Shown here piece by piece: positions 52,800-62,810 of a DNA stretch of 62,810 bases. Numbering within the stretch: position 1 is the first letter of the stretch; every line of letters starts with the position of its first letter. Under the pieces are notes generated by a model. That model did not search any database and was not told where the DNA came from. It saw only the letters and a list, made by a program, of their open reading frames with translations. The DNA comes from a virus. Its lineage: Duplodnaviria; Caudoviricetes. A program made the position numbers and the translations under genes. The DNA lies in the IMG/VR virus record IMGVR_UViG_3300037722_000563, positions 1 through 62,810 of that record; one strand, written 5' to 3'.

Positions 52800-54500
52800 T
52801 TAGGCAGCTTCTCTGTAAGCCATGCTTGGGACCGGCTTCATACCAGCCCGCCACTTGCCATTCCAATGGGTTATAATGGTTCTCTTACCGTTGACATAGG
52901 TCAATATATCGCTATGTGACCAGGATGAAGGACCTCTATTATACCCCATGTCGAGGTTGCTAGACGTTCCCGCAGTGTATATACCATCATATATACCTGC
53001 TTGATGGGTATGGCCAACGTTAGCCTTACGGCCCATCTTGGCAAAAGCTGCGGCACCACCACGAGAACCATTTGGTCCTAGGTGACCGTGCATTCCACAT
53101 TCAATACCGCCATTTGCGTCTTCGCACAAGACAAATGATTCGTCTTCATCTAGAAACCGAACATTGGCGGAATGCTTTCCTATAAATGTCTCATACCAAT
53201 GCCGCATCATGTGGAACGTATCATCTTGTTCCTTAATAGAGCGGACCTTGGCAAGCGCAGATTGCATGAAGAATTCCATGTTAATCGGGTCTTCGCGCCA
53301 ATCGCTCTCACGTAACCATCTTTCTAATGCACGATCATGATTGCTGTCTGCCACAACATGCTGTACAGTATAGAACCTGCGAGAACGGTCCTCCAAATAG
53401 GTCATGGCTTTCCAAACTTCAGTAGATACATCTTCTTGACCTTTTACATGACGGTCCAATCGTTTGAAAGGGTCCTTCCGTTCATGATGATTTCTACTAC
53501 CGAAGTTAAGCAGATCATGATAAATTGCATAACTTGGATTTAGCGTATTCATTAGGTCTTCTTGAAGTTCAGCTACAACGTCGTCTTTCTCTTGTTCATG
53601 AATGTCACCAAAGTTCACCGCCTTAAGTTCATGACCGGTAGTAACTTGACAGTTCTCTACTTTAACATCCAGATCGTAGAACGTACCATCACTATCGGCG
53701 TTAATTTGACGCACAAACCAGTCACCATCGCTATCCACTTCTACTATCGCAGCACCATATCCGTGATGGAACGTGGCCTGTAAACCAGCGCCTTTCATGA
53801 TATAATTACGGTTGGTTATAGTACCAGTAGTGTAGTTGAACTTGGTGGGCTCGAACTTGGATGATGCTACAGATTGCATTTCAAACTTGGCATGCGGAAA
53901 GATGCCGGATTTTCGACCAGTGTACGTTTCATAGCCACTAAGCGGGCGTTTGGTTGTAGGAAGTCTCTGCCATTCGCCGCACCATACAAGACCGGGTGCT
54001 AACTCAATTCGTTCATCAGCTAAGTATGGCTCAATACGATCATCCCAGGCTATGGTATCTGCGGTATAAAGCTGCTCGGATTTCATAGGAGTAAATAGCG
54101 CTTTATCTCCTCCTACACCTAATCCACATTTTATATACGTATACCGAGCCACCATAAGCTTAGCTTCGTAATGTTCACGCAAAGCCAGTAGATTGTTCCA
54201 TAAATTATCGTGAAGATTGGTGTTGTTTTGTGCTGACGTTAGAATATATCGCTTAACACCACGTTTGGGTACAGCAAACTCAGCCGTGTGGGGTGCGTGA
54301 GCTACCCCTTTATGTAGCACGGCGGGCTTCTTAGTATCCTTATTGCTCTTTCTCCCCACTGACTGTGGTTCCATAAGTTGGTCCTTTACCGCGTGTAGAT
54401 ATAGGTTACGGGCTGCACGATATGTCAGATCAGTGTTGCGCGATACGGCTTTAACTGATCCGAATTTTTGGTAACTAGCTACAAATTGTTTAGGTGTCAT
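52800..54500 (-). CDS. Calcineurin-like metallophosphoesterase domain protein
   Basis: GDIHE, HDL, SNHD, HGH, GHTH motifs. Confidence 0.7.
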   Translation of the reverse strand: MTPKQFVASYQKFGSVKAVSRNTDLTYRAARNLYLHAVKDQLMEPQSVGRKSNKDTKKPAVLHKGVAHAPHTAEFAVPKRGVKRYILTSAQNNTNLHDNLWNNLLALREHYEAKLMVARYTYIKCGLGVGGDKALFTPMKSEQLYTADTIAWDDRIEPYLADERIELAPGLVWCGEWQRLPTTKRPLSGYETYTGRKSGIFPHAKFEMQSVASSKFEPTKFNYTTGTITNRNYIMKGAGLQATFHHGYGAAIVEVDSDGDWFVRQINADSDGTFYDLDVKVENCQVTTGHELKAVNFGDIHEQEKDDVVAELQEDLMNTLNPSYAIYHDLLNFGSRNHHERKDPFKRLDRHVKGQEDVSTEVWKAMTYLEDRSRRFYTVQHVVADSNHDRALERWLRESDWREDPINMEFFMQSALAKVRSIKEQDDTFHMMRHWYETFIGKHSANVRFLDEDESFVLCEDANGGIECGMHGHLGPNGSRGGAAAFAKMGRKANVGHTHQAGIYDGIYTAGTSSNLDMGYNRGPSSWSHSDILTYVNGKRTIITHWNGKWRAGMKPVPSMAYREAA

Positions 54501-54910
54501 TTTGAGTATTTTCCGGATTGTTGTACATCACATAAATTATGATACAAAAGATCATCCATGAACGTCTGAGTTACCTTTTGGACTTTGTATGCATAACGTC
54601 CTGCAAAATAAACTACTGCAACCCTACCATGCATAATTACAGTAGTGTATGCAGATGTCATGGCTTGTCCTCCGATACCACCAAATCCTAGAGCAGTACT
54701 ACCCCAAGTTTGGGGAAAGTGATATACTTCACATTCATGTCCGTAAGGGCGTCGTACTTTTGTTTTTATCTGCTTAGATGGTACAAGTGTTCGTCGTGCT
54801 TTATCATATTCATGATGCCCTACTTCATATTCCACATCAGGCAGGTCTTTGGCCACGGCAGTATAAAGAGCAGCCGCTAAAGATTCTACGCATAGTCCTG
54901 AAATCATCAT
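54497..54910 (-). CDS. Conserved phage hypothetical protein
   Basis: FPQTWGSTALGFGGIGGQAMTSAYT. Confidence 0.65.
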   Translation of the reverse strand: MMISGLCVESLAAALYTAVAKDLPDVEYEVGHHEYDKARRTLVPSKQIKTKVRRPYGHECEVYHFPQTWGSTALGFGGIGGQAMTSAYTTVIMHGRVAVVYFAGRYAYKVQKVTQTFMDDLLYHNLCDVQQSGKYSK

Positions 54911-55386
54911 GTTCCCTTTAGTTTATCATACCCGTATTTGGCGATAAGAGATGCCTCGGCCAAACCATCCCGAAGTCCACCCTTAGGGCCGTGAAACTGC
55001 CCGGCATTTTGGGGGAATAACTGGCTAGCCCGGATTACAGCACCTTCCTTAGATGCTTGAATTCCATAGTGTTTTTTCCATACGTTAGGAGTAACAAGAG
55101 ACACAGGAATTAGCTTAGCTGCAATAATACCACGAAGGCCACCGAATACCAAGCCAAACTTGAAGGCTGATGAGACACCCTCTCCTGGTCTTGACATTAC
55201 CCTCTCTAAGAACACGTGATCGGCCCAGAAGAACAGGTTATCCCACTCATGGTTAAGTGCAGACCAGTCTACTTCACGGCCCCGTCCGGTGGATTTCACG
55301 GTAGGTATCTCATATGTTATAAGACTTTTGCCGTCCCACTGTGCAAGGGCTCCACTCAAGCCTGGATCAATGCCTAGTACTTTCAT
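54907..55386 (-). CDS. RuvC-like Holliday junction resolvase
   Basis: LGIDPG, FLE, P..WKK, DGLAEASLIA. Confidence 0.85.
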   Translation of the reverse strand: MKVLGIDPGLSGALAQWDGKSLITYEIPTVKSTGRGREVDWSALNHEWDNLFFWADHVFLERVMSRPGEGVSSAFKFGLVFGGLRGIIAAKLIPVSLVTPNVWKKHYGIQASKEGAVIRASQLFPQNAGQFHGPKGGLRDGLAEASLIAKYGYDKLKGT

Positions 55387-55621
55387 GTCTGTGTATATCT
55401 GTATTCGGTTTGCCAGCATCAAACTTTTCCATACATAAGAGCAGCAAACGACGACCACACAAGAAGCCTGTTCTTAAATGTTGGCTCAATACCAGCATTC
55501 AGTAAATTTAATTGAGTTATACGTCGGCAAGCGCTAGCAACCTGAGGACTAATTGGTTTGGGCACAATAGTACCCGTATTGATTGCTTTTGCAACTTCAG
55601 AGGGCAACGTTATCAGAGGCT

Positions 55622-55882
55622 TCATGTACTAAACTCCGTTCTAACACGTACCAATTCGTCTAGCGCATCAACTAACGGATTCTTTGTATCAGGTTTTGGA
55701 TGGAGCGCGTGCCATGAAGTATTATTTTCATGTGTTATATACCTATCAGTGTCTCCGTCATGCCACGTTATGCTAGCTCGAACTCCCTCAGGAAAAATTT
55801 CTAGGGTAATCACATGTTCATTAGCATCCATCTTATCTACAATTCTAGCAGCTTCTCTTAGACGCTCAAGTCCGTTTTCCAT
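55622..55882 (-). CDS. Hypothetical protein
   Basis: AGGA RBS; in operon. Confidence 0.55.
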   Translation of the reverse strand: MENGLERLREAARIVDKMDANEHVITLEIFPEGVRASITWHDGDTDRYITHENNTSWHALHPKPDTKNPLVDALDELVRVRTEFST

Positions 55883-56152
55883 AAAATGATCCTATGTGAA
55901 TTATATTTTTTTCTTTGTACCAGACCCAGAGTGAATGTAGCGTTGCATAAATCTGAAACGTATTTTCTTTCATCTCAACGTCATGAAACGGAACCGTTGG
56001 AATACCGATGCCTATGGTCAGCCCATAAAAGTCCCAATACAATGAAAAGACAAAAGGTTTGTTCAAACTTATACACACGTATCGGCGTTTTCCGCGTATA
56101 AAGTTGTACGTGAATTCGTTATAAGCGAGATACTTATCTTTTCTTTGTTCGG

Positions 56153-58330
56153 TCATACCTTTTGATAACGTGTTATAACGCCGCCCTCCACCGCAATCGG
56201 ACAACCTTTTGCCCAGTCTGGGCATATAGCCATGATGCGTTCAAATTCTTTCTGGTCTTTTGTGCCTTTTAACGTTTCGGATATAATTTCGTCATGTACT
56301 GTAAGGATAATCGGGAAACCCGCTTTCTCAACTCGTATCATAGCCTCAGCCATAAGATCACGGGCGATTGCCTGTACGACGTTCTCGGTTAACATTCCAC
56401 CATAAGTACGGATACGTCCCCAGGCCCCACTCTTTTTATTGTCGCGACCCATATAGGATAAGGCATCTCGCATTTCACCCCATGACGTTTCAGCACGTTC
56501 TACAACTGGTTGGTAATACCAGAGGCGTCTGCCGTTTGGGAGAATACACGTTAGCCAACGGCCAGCGGCATCATCAACTAACTCATACACAATCTTACGA
56601 TAGCTATGGGGGTGGCCTGTCTTCACAGTCTCTATAGCGGCTTCTTGTAAACCGTACCAAAGCCAAGGCACTTCCTTGTATTTAGTACGATACAAATTCA
56701 CCATCTGTTGAGCCTGTTCGTCACTTACTATCGTATTATAATCTTTCTCAGCCTGAAACTGTAGTTTGCTCCAACCCATTTGATATCCGCAACCGAGCAC
56801 GGTAATCTTACCAAGCTGACGTTCATGGCTATGAAGGGCTTTCTTCACTTCAAAACCAACTAAGTCACTGGCAGTAACACAATAAATGTCTTCGCTTTCC
56901 TTGCGATCAGACGTATGAAAAACTTCTAGTCCAGTCATGCAATCGGCTACCCAAAAAGTTACACGAGCTTCAATGGCTGAGAAATCGCACACATGCATAA
57001 CATGTTCGGGTTTGGCTATAAACATACCACGCAACGAGCTAGATATGGCGTTCATAGAGCCACTACCTAAACGTGGCTCATTGCTGGTGCTACCATATAG
57101 ATAATCAAGTGTTTCATAGTCCTTACGCTTGATCATGTCCACTAATGTATCCATTTTTTCTTTAATTAATGAACGTGGAAAATTCTGTGGTTGAACAAGA
57201 CGACCAGCCCAACGGCCAGTGGATGCACCATGGTACTGAAGAAGACCCCGGATACGTCCATCCTGGGATACTGTCTGCATCATTTTCTCTAGCTTCTTTG
57301 TACTGGATTTGGCTAGAGCGACACGTATTTCCAGAGCACGAATTACATCAGCGCCAACGTTCCAAAGATTTACATATAAGCCTTCTGAATTTACCTTCAG
57401 TAGGTCTTCTATTGTTTCTTTAGTTAGGTTTGGAATAGATAGACCTCGGCTATGAAACCATTTGATTAGCCGATCACGTTGTGTGGCTTTTTCTACTTGG
57501 TTGTTTGTTATACCTCTCAACTCGGTGTTAAGTTTATCCTCAACTATAGAAATAACCTCAAGGGCCGACTGCACTGCGTCTATATCGAGTTGTACGCCAC
57601 GCTGATTTATGCGTTGATCCAGCATCCATAATCCGTATTCGGCTGGAGGAAGGTCGCCTATAGTTTCACCCAGGCACTCCTCGGAGTCAACATCTTGGTC
57701 ACAATAATCATAAAGCTCCTGCATCAAATCCCAATCTTCACGGTATACACGATCAGGCTCTTTCTTCGTACCCCATTTAGGTATACAAAGTGTTTGAAGC
57801 AGATATTTGCCACGCTTATCTTTTTGAATAGGCAGATTGAGAGCACGGCCAGCGTCATCGAGACTTAATGGGATACCTCTATGGGCACATGCAGCTAGCG
57901 TATCTTTCCAGAATTTAGGAATTGGTATACCAAAACGTCTATGCAATATCAAAATCCATATTGCACGTTCAAATTGCACATTGTGCGCTTCAAACATTCC
58001 ATCGGCTTTGATATGATCAATGACTTCCTTAGGAAACTCGTTGACTCCGGGCACCCATAAACCTCTTATGTCAGTACCCACAAATTTCCAGCCCATACAA
58101 AGAATTTCAGTTGAAGCATCCTCTGCATAACGCCATGCACCAGTATCTTTAATGCTTAGGTATGAGCGAGTTTCGAAGTCAACCATGCATGTTGGCATAT
58201 CGAATATCGTTCGTGCTGGTTTACCAGCATCAACAACATCCAATTTTGCCAATTCGGCAGAAGTAATAATGCGGTCATGTGCCGCTTCCCAATCCCGCCG
58301 AGCTTCGCTACTTGCAGTGACCCGACCCAT
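56153..58330 (-). CDS. polA: Family A DNA polymerase with 3'-5' exonuclease
   Basis: DFETRS, TGRWAG, DFSAIEARV, RQLGK...LGCGY, ENVVQAIARD, VHDE; start probably ATG 58330. Confidence 0.92.
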   Translation of the reverse strand: MGRVTASSEARRDWEAAHDRIITSAELAKLDVVDAGKPARTIFDMPTCMVDFETRSYLSIKDTGAWRYAEDASTEILCMGWKFVGTDIRGLWVPGVNEFPKEVIDHIKADGMFEAHNVQFERAIWILILHRRFGIPIPKFWKDTLAACAHRGIPLSLDDAGRALNLPIQKDKRGKYLLQTLCIPKWGTKKEPDRVYREDWDLMQELYDYCDQDVDSEECLGETIGDLPPAEYGLWMLDQRINQRGVQLDIDAVQSALEVISIVEDKLNTELRGITNNQVEKATQRDRLIKWFHSRGLSIPNLTKETIEDLLKVNSEGLYVNLWNVGADVIRALEIRVALAKSSTKKLEKMMQTVSQDGRIRGLLQYHGASTGRWAGRLVQPQNFPRSLIKEKMDTLVDMIKRKDYETLDYLYGSTSNEPRLGSGSMNAISSSLRGMFIAKPEHVMHVCDFSAIEARVTFWVADCMTGLEVFHTSDRKESEDIYCVTASDLVGFEVKKALHSHERQLGKITVLGCGYQMGWSKLQFQAEKDYNTIVSDEQAQQMVNLYRTKYKEVPWLWYGLQEAAIETVKTGHPHSYRKIVYELVDDAAGRWLTCILPNGRRLWYYQPVVERAETSWGEMRDALSYMGRDNKKSGAWGRIRTYGGMLTENVVQAIARDLMAEAMIRVEKAGFPIILTVHDEIISETLKGTKDQKEFERIMAICPDWAKGCPIAVEGGVITRYQKV

Positions 58331-58331
58331 A

Positions 58332-58622
58332 TTAGTATGTCTCGTCACTCTCGACTGGTTCCGGAAGGGTGTCGTCGCTATCCATGAATAATCCATCAGA
58401 CTTCTTATCGAATACATTTTCAACTTTGAATTCGAGAATAGACTTGACAATGTATTGCTGACAAGCATCCGACAGGTCTTCAAATTTGGCTGCGGTAATT
58501 ACATAACCTTCAGGACCGGCAGCCGTGGTTGATCCATCGAAAATTGTGCGTGCTATTTTACGAATTTCAGATTTGGTTATATGACCACCGGCCAATAGGT
58601 CTTTCAAATTCTTAGGCTTCAT
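58332..58622 (-). CDS. Hypothetical protein
   Basis: AGGAGA RBS before ATG 58622. Confidence 0.6.
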   Translation of the reverse strand: MKPKNLKDLLAGGHITKSEIRKIARTIFDGSTTAAGPEGYVITAAKFEDLSDACQQYIVKSILEFKVENVFDKKSDGLFMDSDDTLPEPVESDETY

Positions 58623-58760
58623 AGTATGTCTCCTAGAAAAAAAAAGGTGGAACCGGTTTTTAGCCAATCCCACCCATTGGTCTATCCGCTTCAGACGCGC
58701 TCGAAGCTGATCCATAGGATAGACCGCATTCCATTAAAGCTGTGCCCAGGCAGCCAAGGC

Positions 58761-59483
58761 TTAAAATGGAATCTCGTCGTCCAGATCATTATCCAATCCT
58801 TTAGTGGGATCGTAATCCGACTTGCCACCCTTGACACCGTACATACGTTCGATGTTTGAACCGCTACCGAGGCGGGTGCCTTCTTCTTGGAATACCACCG
58901 CGTTAACATAAAATGTAACGTATTTGCCCTGAGCCGTCTCACCTGCAACCGCATTAAGCTCAGCAGTACAAACAGCACCACCATAGAACTTCTGAGAAGC
59001 AAGCTGGTCACCTTGTGTTGTACCACGGATGACTCGTTCCACCGTCTTAGGTGTTTTTACCCATAGATCGGGAGAGTTTAGATTGCCGTTAATTTCGGCT
59101 AGGGCCTTTGCCCTCCAGAACTTTTTGTCGCGGTAGTGTTCACCCTTCTCGCCCTTATCGTCTGCTTTTTTGTCACCAGACTTGAACGGCCAAGACAAAC
59201 CACCGTGCTTGACTGCATCCTTAACTGAGAAGTCATTACCCCATTGCTCTTTTGCAAGGGCAACAAGACGCTTTTCCACGTTAATAGGATCAAACTCGCC
59301 GGTCTCACGATTGACCAAGAGCCAGTTTTCTAGAGAGTCGATGGCAGAAATGCCTTCGAAGCTATATTGTGGCTCGCCTTTTGGCTTACCGTTCTCTGTG
59401 TACGGTTCAGGCTTCATTAGCTTCGGATAAGAGAGGATAAAAGGTGCTGTAATAAACGTAACAGATGTAGTCTTATTCGCCAT
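58761..59483 (-). CDS. ssDNA-binding protein (DUF2815)
   Basis: LSYP.L.KP, FYGG, acidic DDEIPF tail. Confidence 0.82.
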   Translation of the reverse strand: MANKTTSVTFITAPFILSYPKLMKPEPYTENGKPKGEPQYSFEGISAIDSLENWLLVNRETGEFDPINVEKRLVALAKEQWGNDFSVKDAVKHGGLSWPFKSGDKKADDKGEKGEHYRDKKFWRAKALAEINGNLNSPDLWVKTPKTVERVIRGTTQGDQLASQKFYGGAVCTAELNAVAGETAQGKYVTFYVNAVVFQEEGTRLGSGSNIERMYGVKGGKSDYDPTKGLDNDLDDEIPF

Positions 59484-59602
59484 AGTGGTATCTCCTGATT
59501 TAATAGCTGGAATTGCATTACTTAGGCTAGATGTCAGACTGCTGAAATATCCATCTGACTTATAACCTATTAACATATAGTGCCGCTATTGTCAACTCTT
59601 TT

Positions 59603-60850
59603 TTAACCCTTACGAACCCCGTAAAGCCTCTCTATGTTGGGCCTAACCTCCATACGTTTGTCGGACATTTTGGCCAATGTCAATCCTTTATTAGGAGAAT
59701 ACGCCCATTGAGATGCAAAGTCATTACCTTTATCCAATTTCTCTATTTGTGCCGGGGACTTAAAGGCAGGATCAGTATATGCTTCTAGTCCAAATGCAGC
59801 CAACATTGCATCCATCACAGTCATTTCAATCATCTCATCGCTGTCTTCGGATGCCTTAATAGGCTGCTTATCCTTCCAGACACGGTTACCCTTCTGATTG
59901 ACCAGTTTACGACCGGGTATTTTTGCCCCTCCCCTGGCCCTACGCAGGGCCTCAGCTTCGAAAGTTGGCTGTGCCCTCACCAATGCATCCAACTTGACCA
60001 AGACCTCACCTAGCTCTTCATCAGCCAGATGGGCAGGGTCTATGCCTACTGGGAACTCAAAGACCTCTGCTTTGAGTGCAGGACAATGACCCTTGTTTGG
60101 GCAGAACCGGCAATGCTCTCCAATAGTGAGCGGGGCATCTTGCTTGTAAGTTTCCTGCATATCCGGTAGCAAATTGTTAAACCACCAGTCGGTAAGTTCT
60201 TTTGCACTGGTCATGTGACGCCGGATGGTACCATTGGGATGCGGAATGCGCGGTTGTGCAATCCAGCATTCGACCTGTTTCACTTCGTCTGGACTATCCA
60301 AATAATTTTCAACAGATAGGTATCCATAGTAGTAGTTCTGGTCGCTATCTGGTTCAACAGTAACCCCTCTGCCGTATTTGAAATCAACAATTATCAAACG
60401 GTCGCCAACGATATGGAGAATTATGTCACCAGTGCCGTAGGCATCATCGCTTGTAACCGACTCCATACCTTTTTCTATGTACAAACGAACTTCGAAACCG
60501 TCTTTCTTGGCTTGGGAGATACGATTACGTACCCAGTCTAAGCACTCTTGTACACCGGCCACCATCTCGTCATCTACAACAGATACCCAATCACCAACTT
60601 CGATGGTAACATCCTTCATTGATACAGCATCGTCACCGTCTTCAAGGCAGGTTGCTAGTACTAGGTGGGCTGCTGTTCCCTCTGCCGCAGGACGGCTAGT
60701 AAAGGATTTTATCTTACCATCGGCTATAAGTTTTTCAGTTAAATTAATACTACCAGCGCAATTACGCCAACGAGAAGCGGAAGAGGCACCCCGACTAGAA
60801 TGCCTTCCTTCTTCAACTACTACACGATCTGCTATTGCCACTGATGACAT
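59603..60850 (-). CDS. Cas4-like PD-(D/E)xK exonuclease (DUF2800)
   Basis: RWRNC, EGTAAH, GTGD, DFKYG, HCRFCP..CP. Confidence 0.85.
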   Translation of the reverse strand: MSSVAIADRVVVEEGRHSSRGASSASRWRNCAGSINLTEKLIADGKIKSFTSRPAAEGTAAHLVLATCLEDGDDAVSMKDVTIEVGDWVSVVDDEMVAGVQECLDWVRNRISQAKKDGFEVRLYIEKGMESVTSDDAYGTGDIILHIVGDRLIIVDFKYGRGVTVEPDSDQNYYYGYLSVENYLDSPDEVKQVECWIAQPRIPHPNGTIRRHMTSAKELTDWWFNNLLPDMQETYKQDAPLTIGEHCRFCPNKGHCPALKAEVFEFPVGIDPAHLADEELGEVLVKLDALVRAQPTFEAEALRRARGGAKIPGRKLVNQKGNRVWKDKQPIKASEDSDEMIEMTVMDAMLAAFGLEAYTDPAFKSPAQIEKLDKGNDFASQWAYSPNKGLTLAKMSDKRMEVRPNIERLYGVRKG

Positions 60851-60852
60851 AA

Positions 60853-61560
60853 TTACTTAGCCTTGTTAGCCTTTATGAAACTGTCGATCATAATCTTGGC
60901 TTTAGCAATTTTTGCTGGAGTATCTAGATCACGCACACGCGCAACCTTCATCTCGCTCTGCATCTGTTTGGCCTGCTTAACAGTCAATTCACCGTTCTTA
61001 ATAGAATCGTTGATATGCCTGTGCAAGTCTTCGGTGGTAAAGTCTTCGCCGCTTGTATCATTCTCACCAGCACTGGTCTCAATAGGCTTGTCATCTCCTG
61101 GGATATCATCGGTGTCATTCGGGTCTCTACGGTCTTCCGGGTTAGCACGAATGTTTGGCTCAACCTCACCATCATCACTTGGGATATCATCGTCAACAGT
61201 TTTCTTTTGTTTAGCTGTAGTACTTTTGCTTCCCTTTGGACGACCACGTATCGGTTTATCGGTTTCTGGTACATCATCAGTTTTCGTATCGGGTTTAGAT
61301 TGAACCTTGACTTCAATCTTTACGGTTTCCTCCGGCGTATCTATCTCTTTGGCAGAGTCAACAACCGATTTTGGTAGCCGTAGACCCAAATTCTCATAAA
61401 CTAATGCCCGACTATCTACAAGCAATTGCCGAGCCACATCCTTATGATTTTCGCCTTCAAAGACATTGCCGACAAACTCAACCTCAGCCGTTGCATTTCC
61501 GAATTGTTCGGGTTGAATACTGCGTTTACGAGTAACGCGAATTGTGGTAATCTGCGGCAT
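60853..61560 (-). CDS. Hypothetical replication-module protein with acidic linker
   Basis: Position before DUF2800; GRPKGS and DDDIP repeats. Confidence 0.6.
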   Translation of the reverse strand: MPQITTIRVTRKRSIQPEQFGNATAEVEFVGNVFEGENHKDVARQLLVDSRALVYENLGLRLPKSVVDSAKEIDTPEETVKIEVKVQSKPDTKTDDVPETDKPIRGRPKGSKSTTAKQKKTVDDDIPSDDGEVEPNIRANPEDRRDPNDTDDIPGDDKPIETSAGENDTSGEDFTTEDLHRHINDSIKNGELTVKQAKQMQSEMKVARVRDLDTPAKIAKAKIMIDSFIKANKAK

Positions 61561-61567
61561 GATTTAA

Positions 61568-61792
61568 TTACTCCTCAGTAAGCGCATGTAACTTTACCAG
61601 CACACTGCGTGCTCTAGTTGCTTCATACACATCATCCTTGGCCTTAACAAGTAAGACTTCAGCTTCGTAACGATGCTTAACCGCAAGATCATCTCTCTCA
61701 GTGGATACCTTTTCCAAATCAGTGATAATCTTGAGGAGTGGTGTCAAAACACCATCTACGGTTGTTAGTTTACCTGAAAATAGGCCCATCAT
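61568..61792 (-). CDS. Hypothetical protein
   Basis: AGGAG RBS. Confidence 0.6.
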   Translation of the reverse strand: MMGLFSGKLTTVDGVLTPLLKIITDLEKVSTERDDLAVKHRYEAEVLLVKAKDDVYEATRARSVLVKLHALTEE

Positions 61793-61868
61793 TAAACTCC
61801 TGTATTAACTATGTTTTATAATTATTTAACGGATGCTATCATATTCAGCCTTCAAAGTCAAGGGTTTT

Positions 61869-62468
61869 TTAACCATTAATCCTACGAAAAATACGATTTC
61901 TTGCAGCCGTTAATAGGTCCACCTGAGCCACACAATCGTAAACAGGTGTATGAGCAACACCAGGGATGTGGTTATAGTCATGATCTTTCGCTGAGTAAGC
62001 CGCTTCATTGACAACGGTCCTGACATCGTATTTCTGACGGTAAGACCATGGTATCTCATGGCCGAAGTTTTCAATCAAAGATTCGATAATAGGGAAATCG
62101 AAAGTTGATGGACTGGCCCAAAAGTGATTTACTCTATGTCCATCAACCCCTAACTCCGTCCATTTTTTTACGAAATCTGTAAGATCAGCAAGAGCCACAT
62201 CCATGGAATGACGTACCGGAGCAAAAGCCTCAGCCTTAGCTGTAGAATTCTGCTGTTGCCACCACAAAAGCGTACTTTCACTCATAGTGCGTAAAGCCAT
62301 GGTTTGTGGTTGGATAGCAGGAATACGCAAGAAATGTTCAGCTATCTCATACTCAAGCTCATTTTTTGCTGGATTGAACACCGTCTTCCATACAACAGCA
62401 CCTATTGAAAGAACTATCGCACTTGGACGGGTATCCAGTGTTTCCAAATCAATCATTATTTCGTACAT
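61869..62468 (-). CDS. DEDDh 3'-5' exonuclease (DUF5051-like)
   Basis: MIDLETL, FDFPI, DVRT, HTPVYD. Confidence 0.82.
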   Translation of the reverse strand: MYEIMIDLETLDTRPSAIVLSIGAVVWKTVFNPAKNELEYEIAEHFLRIPAIQPQTMALRTMSESTLLWWQQQNSTAKAEAFAPVRHSMDVALADLTDFVKKWTELGVDGHRVNHFWASPSTFDFPIIESLIENFGHEIPWSYRQKYDVRTVVNEAAYSAKDHDYNHIPGVAHTPVYDCVAQVDLLTAARNRIFRRING

Positions 62469-62526
62469 TGTTATTCTCCTTTAGGGCAAAAAACCCATCT
62501 TCAGTTAGAAGATTAAACACTGCTTG

Positions 62527-62810
62527 TTAGAGCCCAATAGAAACGAATTGGAGGCTACTTGTTGGAAAACTCATGTGATCAAAAGCTTCGTGAAACTTTT
62601 TCGGTTTGAATACACCACGGGCTGGATCATATATTTTGTTTTTGTTGTAAACCACCCAATGCCAATTGCGACTGAAATCCGCTGGTACTTTTACAAGACT
62701 ATTGTTTGCAATAAATGACCAAATTCGATAGTCTACGTTAGTACCGTTTTCTGTTACCCAACCTTCAGGCGGACGTATAACCTGAAGTTGATCATGTTTA
62801 GTTTCATACC
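62527..62810 (-). CDS. Partial CDS, peptidase C39-like C-terminus
   Basis: Open frame from window edge with WHWVVY..KIYDP. Confidence 0.45.
   Translation of the reverse strand, partial: YETKHDQLQVIRPPEGWVTENGTNVDYRIWSFIANNSLVKVPADFSRNWHWVVYNKNKIYDPARGVFKPKKFHEAFDHMSFPTSSLQFVSIGL

Noticed and set aside
59603-60850. CRISPR-associated Cas4
   Set aside because: DUF2800-type nuclease in the usual nuclease-SSB-PolA replication module; no cas genes or array.

Overview
Large fragment of a lytic-looking siphovirus genome whose host is probably an alphaproteobacterium (permuted two-piece tmRNA, RcGTA-like tail-tip genes, CtrA-like TTAACCAT boxes). From left to right: a (TGCCC)n end repeat and an ~750 bp AT-rich TTAA-motif region; small early genes; a minus-strand cluster of 3 tRNAs interleaved with structured RNAs; an intein-containing terminase, portal, displaced TerS and a MotA/MotB-like three-gene membrane module; head, tail (with a -1 frameshift) and lysis genes; a plus-strand array of 35 tRNA/tRNA-like genes (with the small cluster, all 20 amino acids are covered); a TerD-like gene followed by a tandem covarying RNA motif and the tmRNA; then a minus-strand nucleotide-metabolism/replication block (class II RNR with two inteins, MazG, DUF5664, RuvC-like, PolA, SSB, Cas4-like nuclease). 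Best candidate for an undescribed system: a promoter, a 36-codon leader peptide using 18 of 20 amino acids, and an antiterminator/terminator directly in front of the tRNA array, i.e. an apparent general 'translation-health' attenuator that would switch on the tRNA array when ribosomes stall. All calls were made by eye from motifs and manual folding; no database searches were run.
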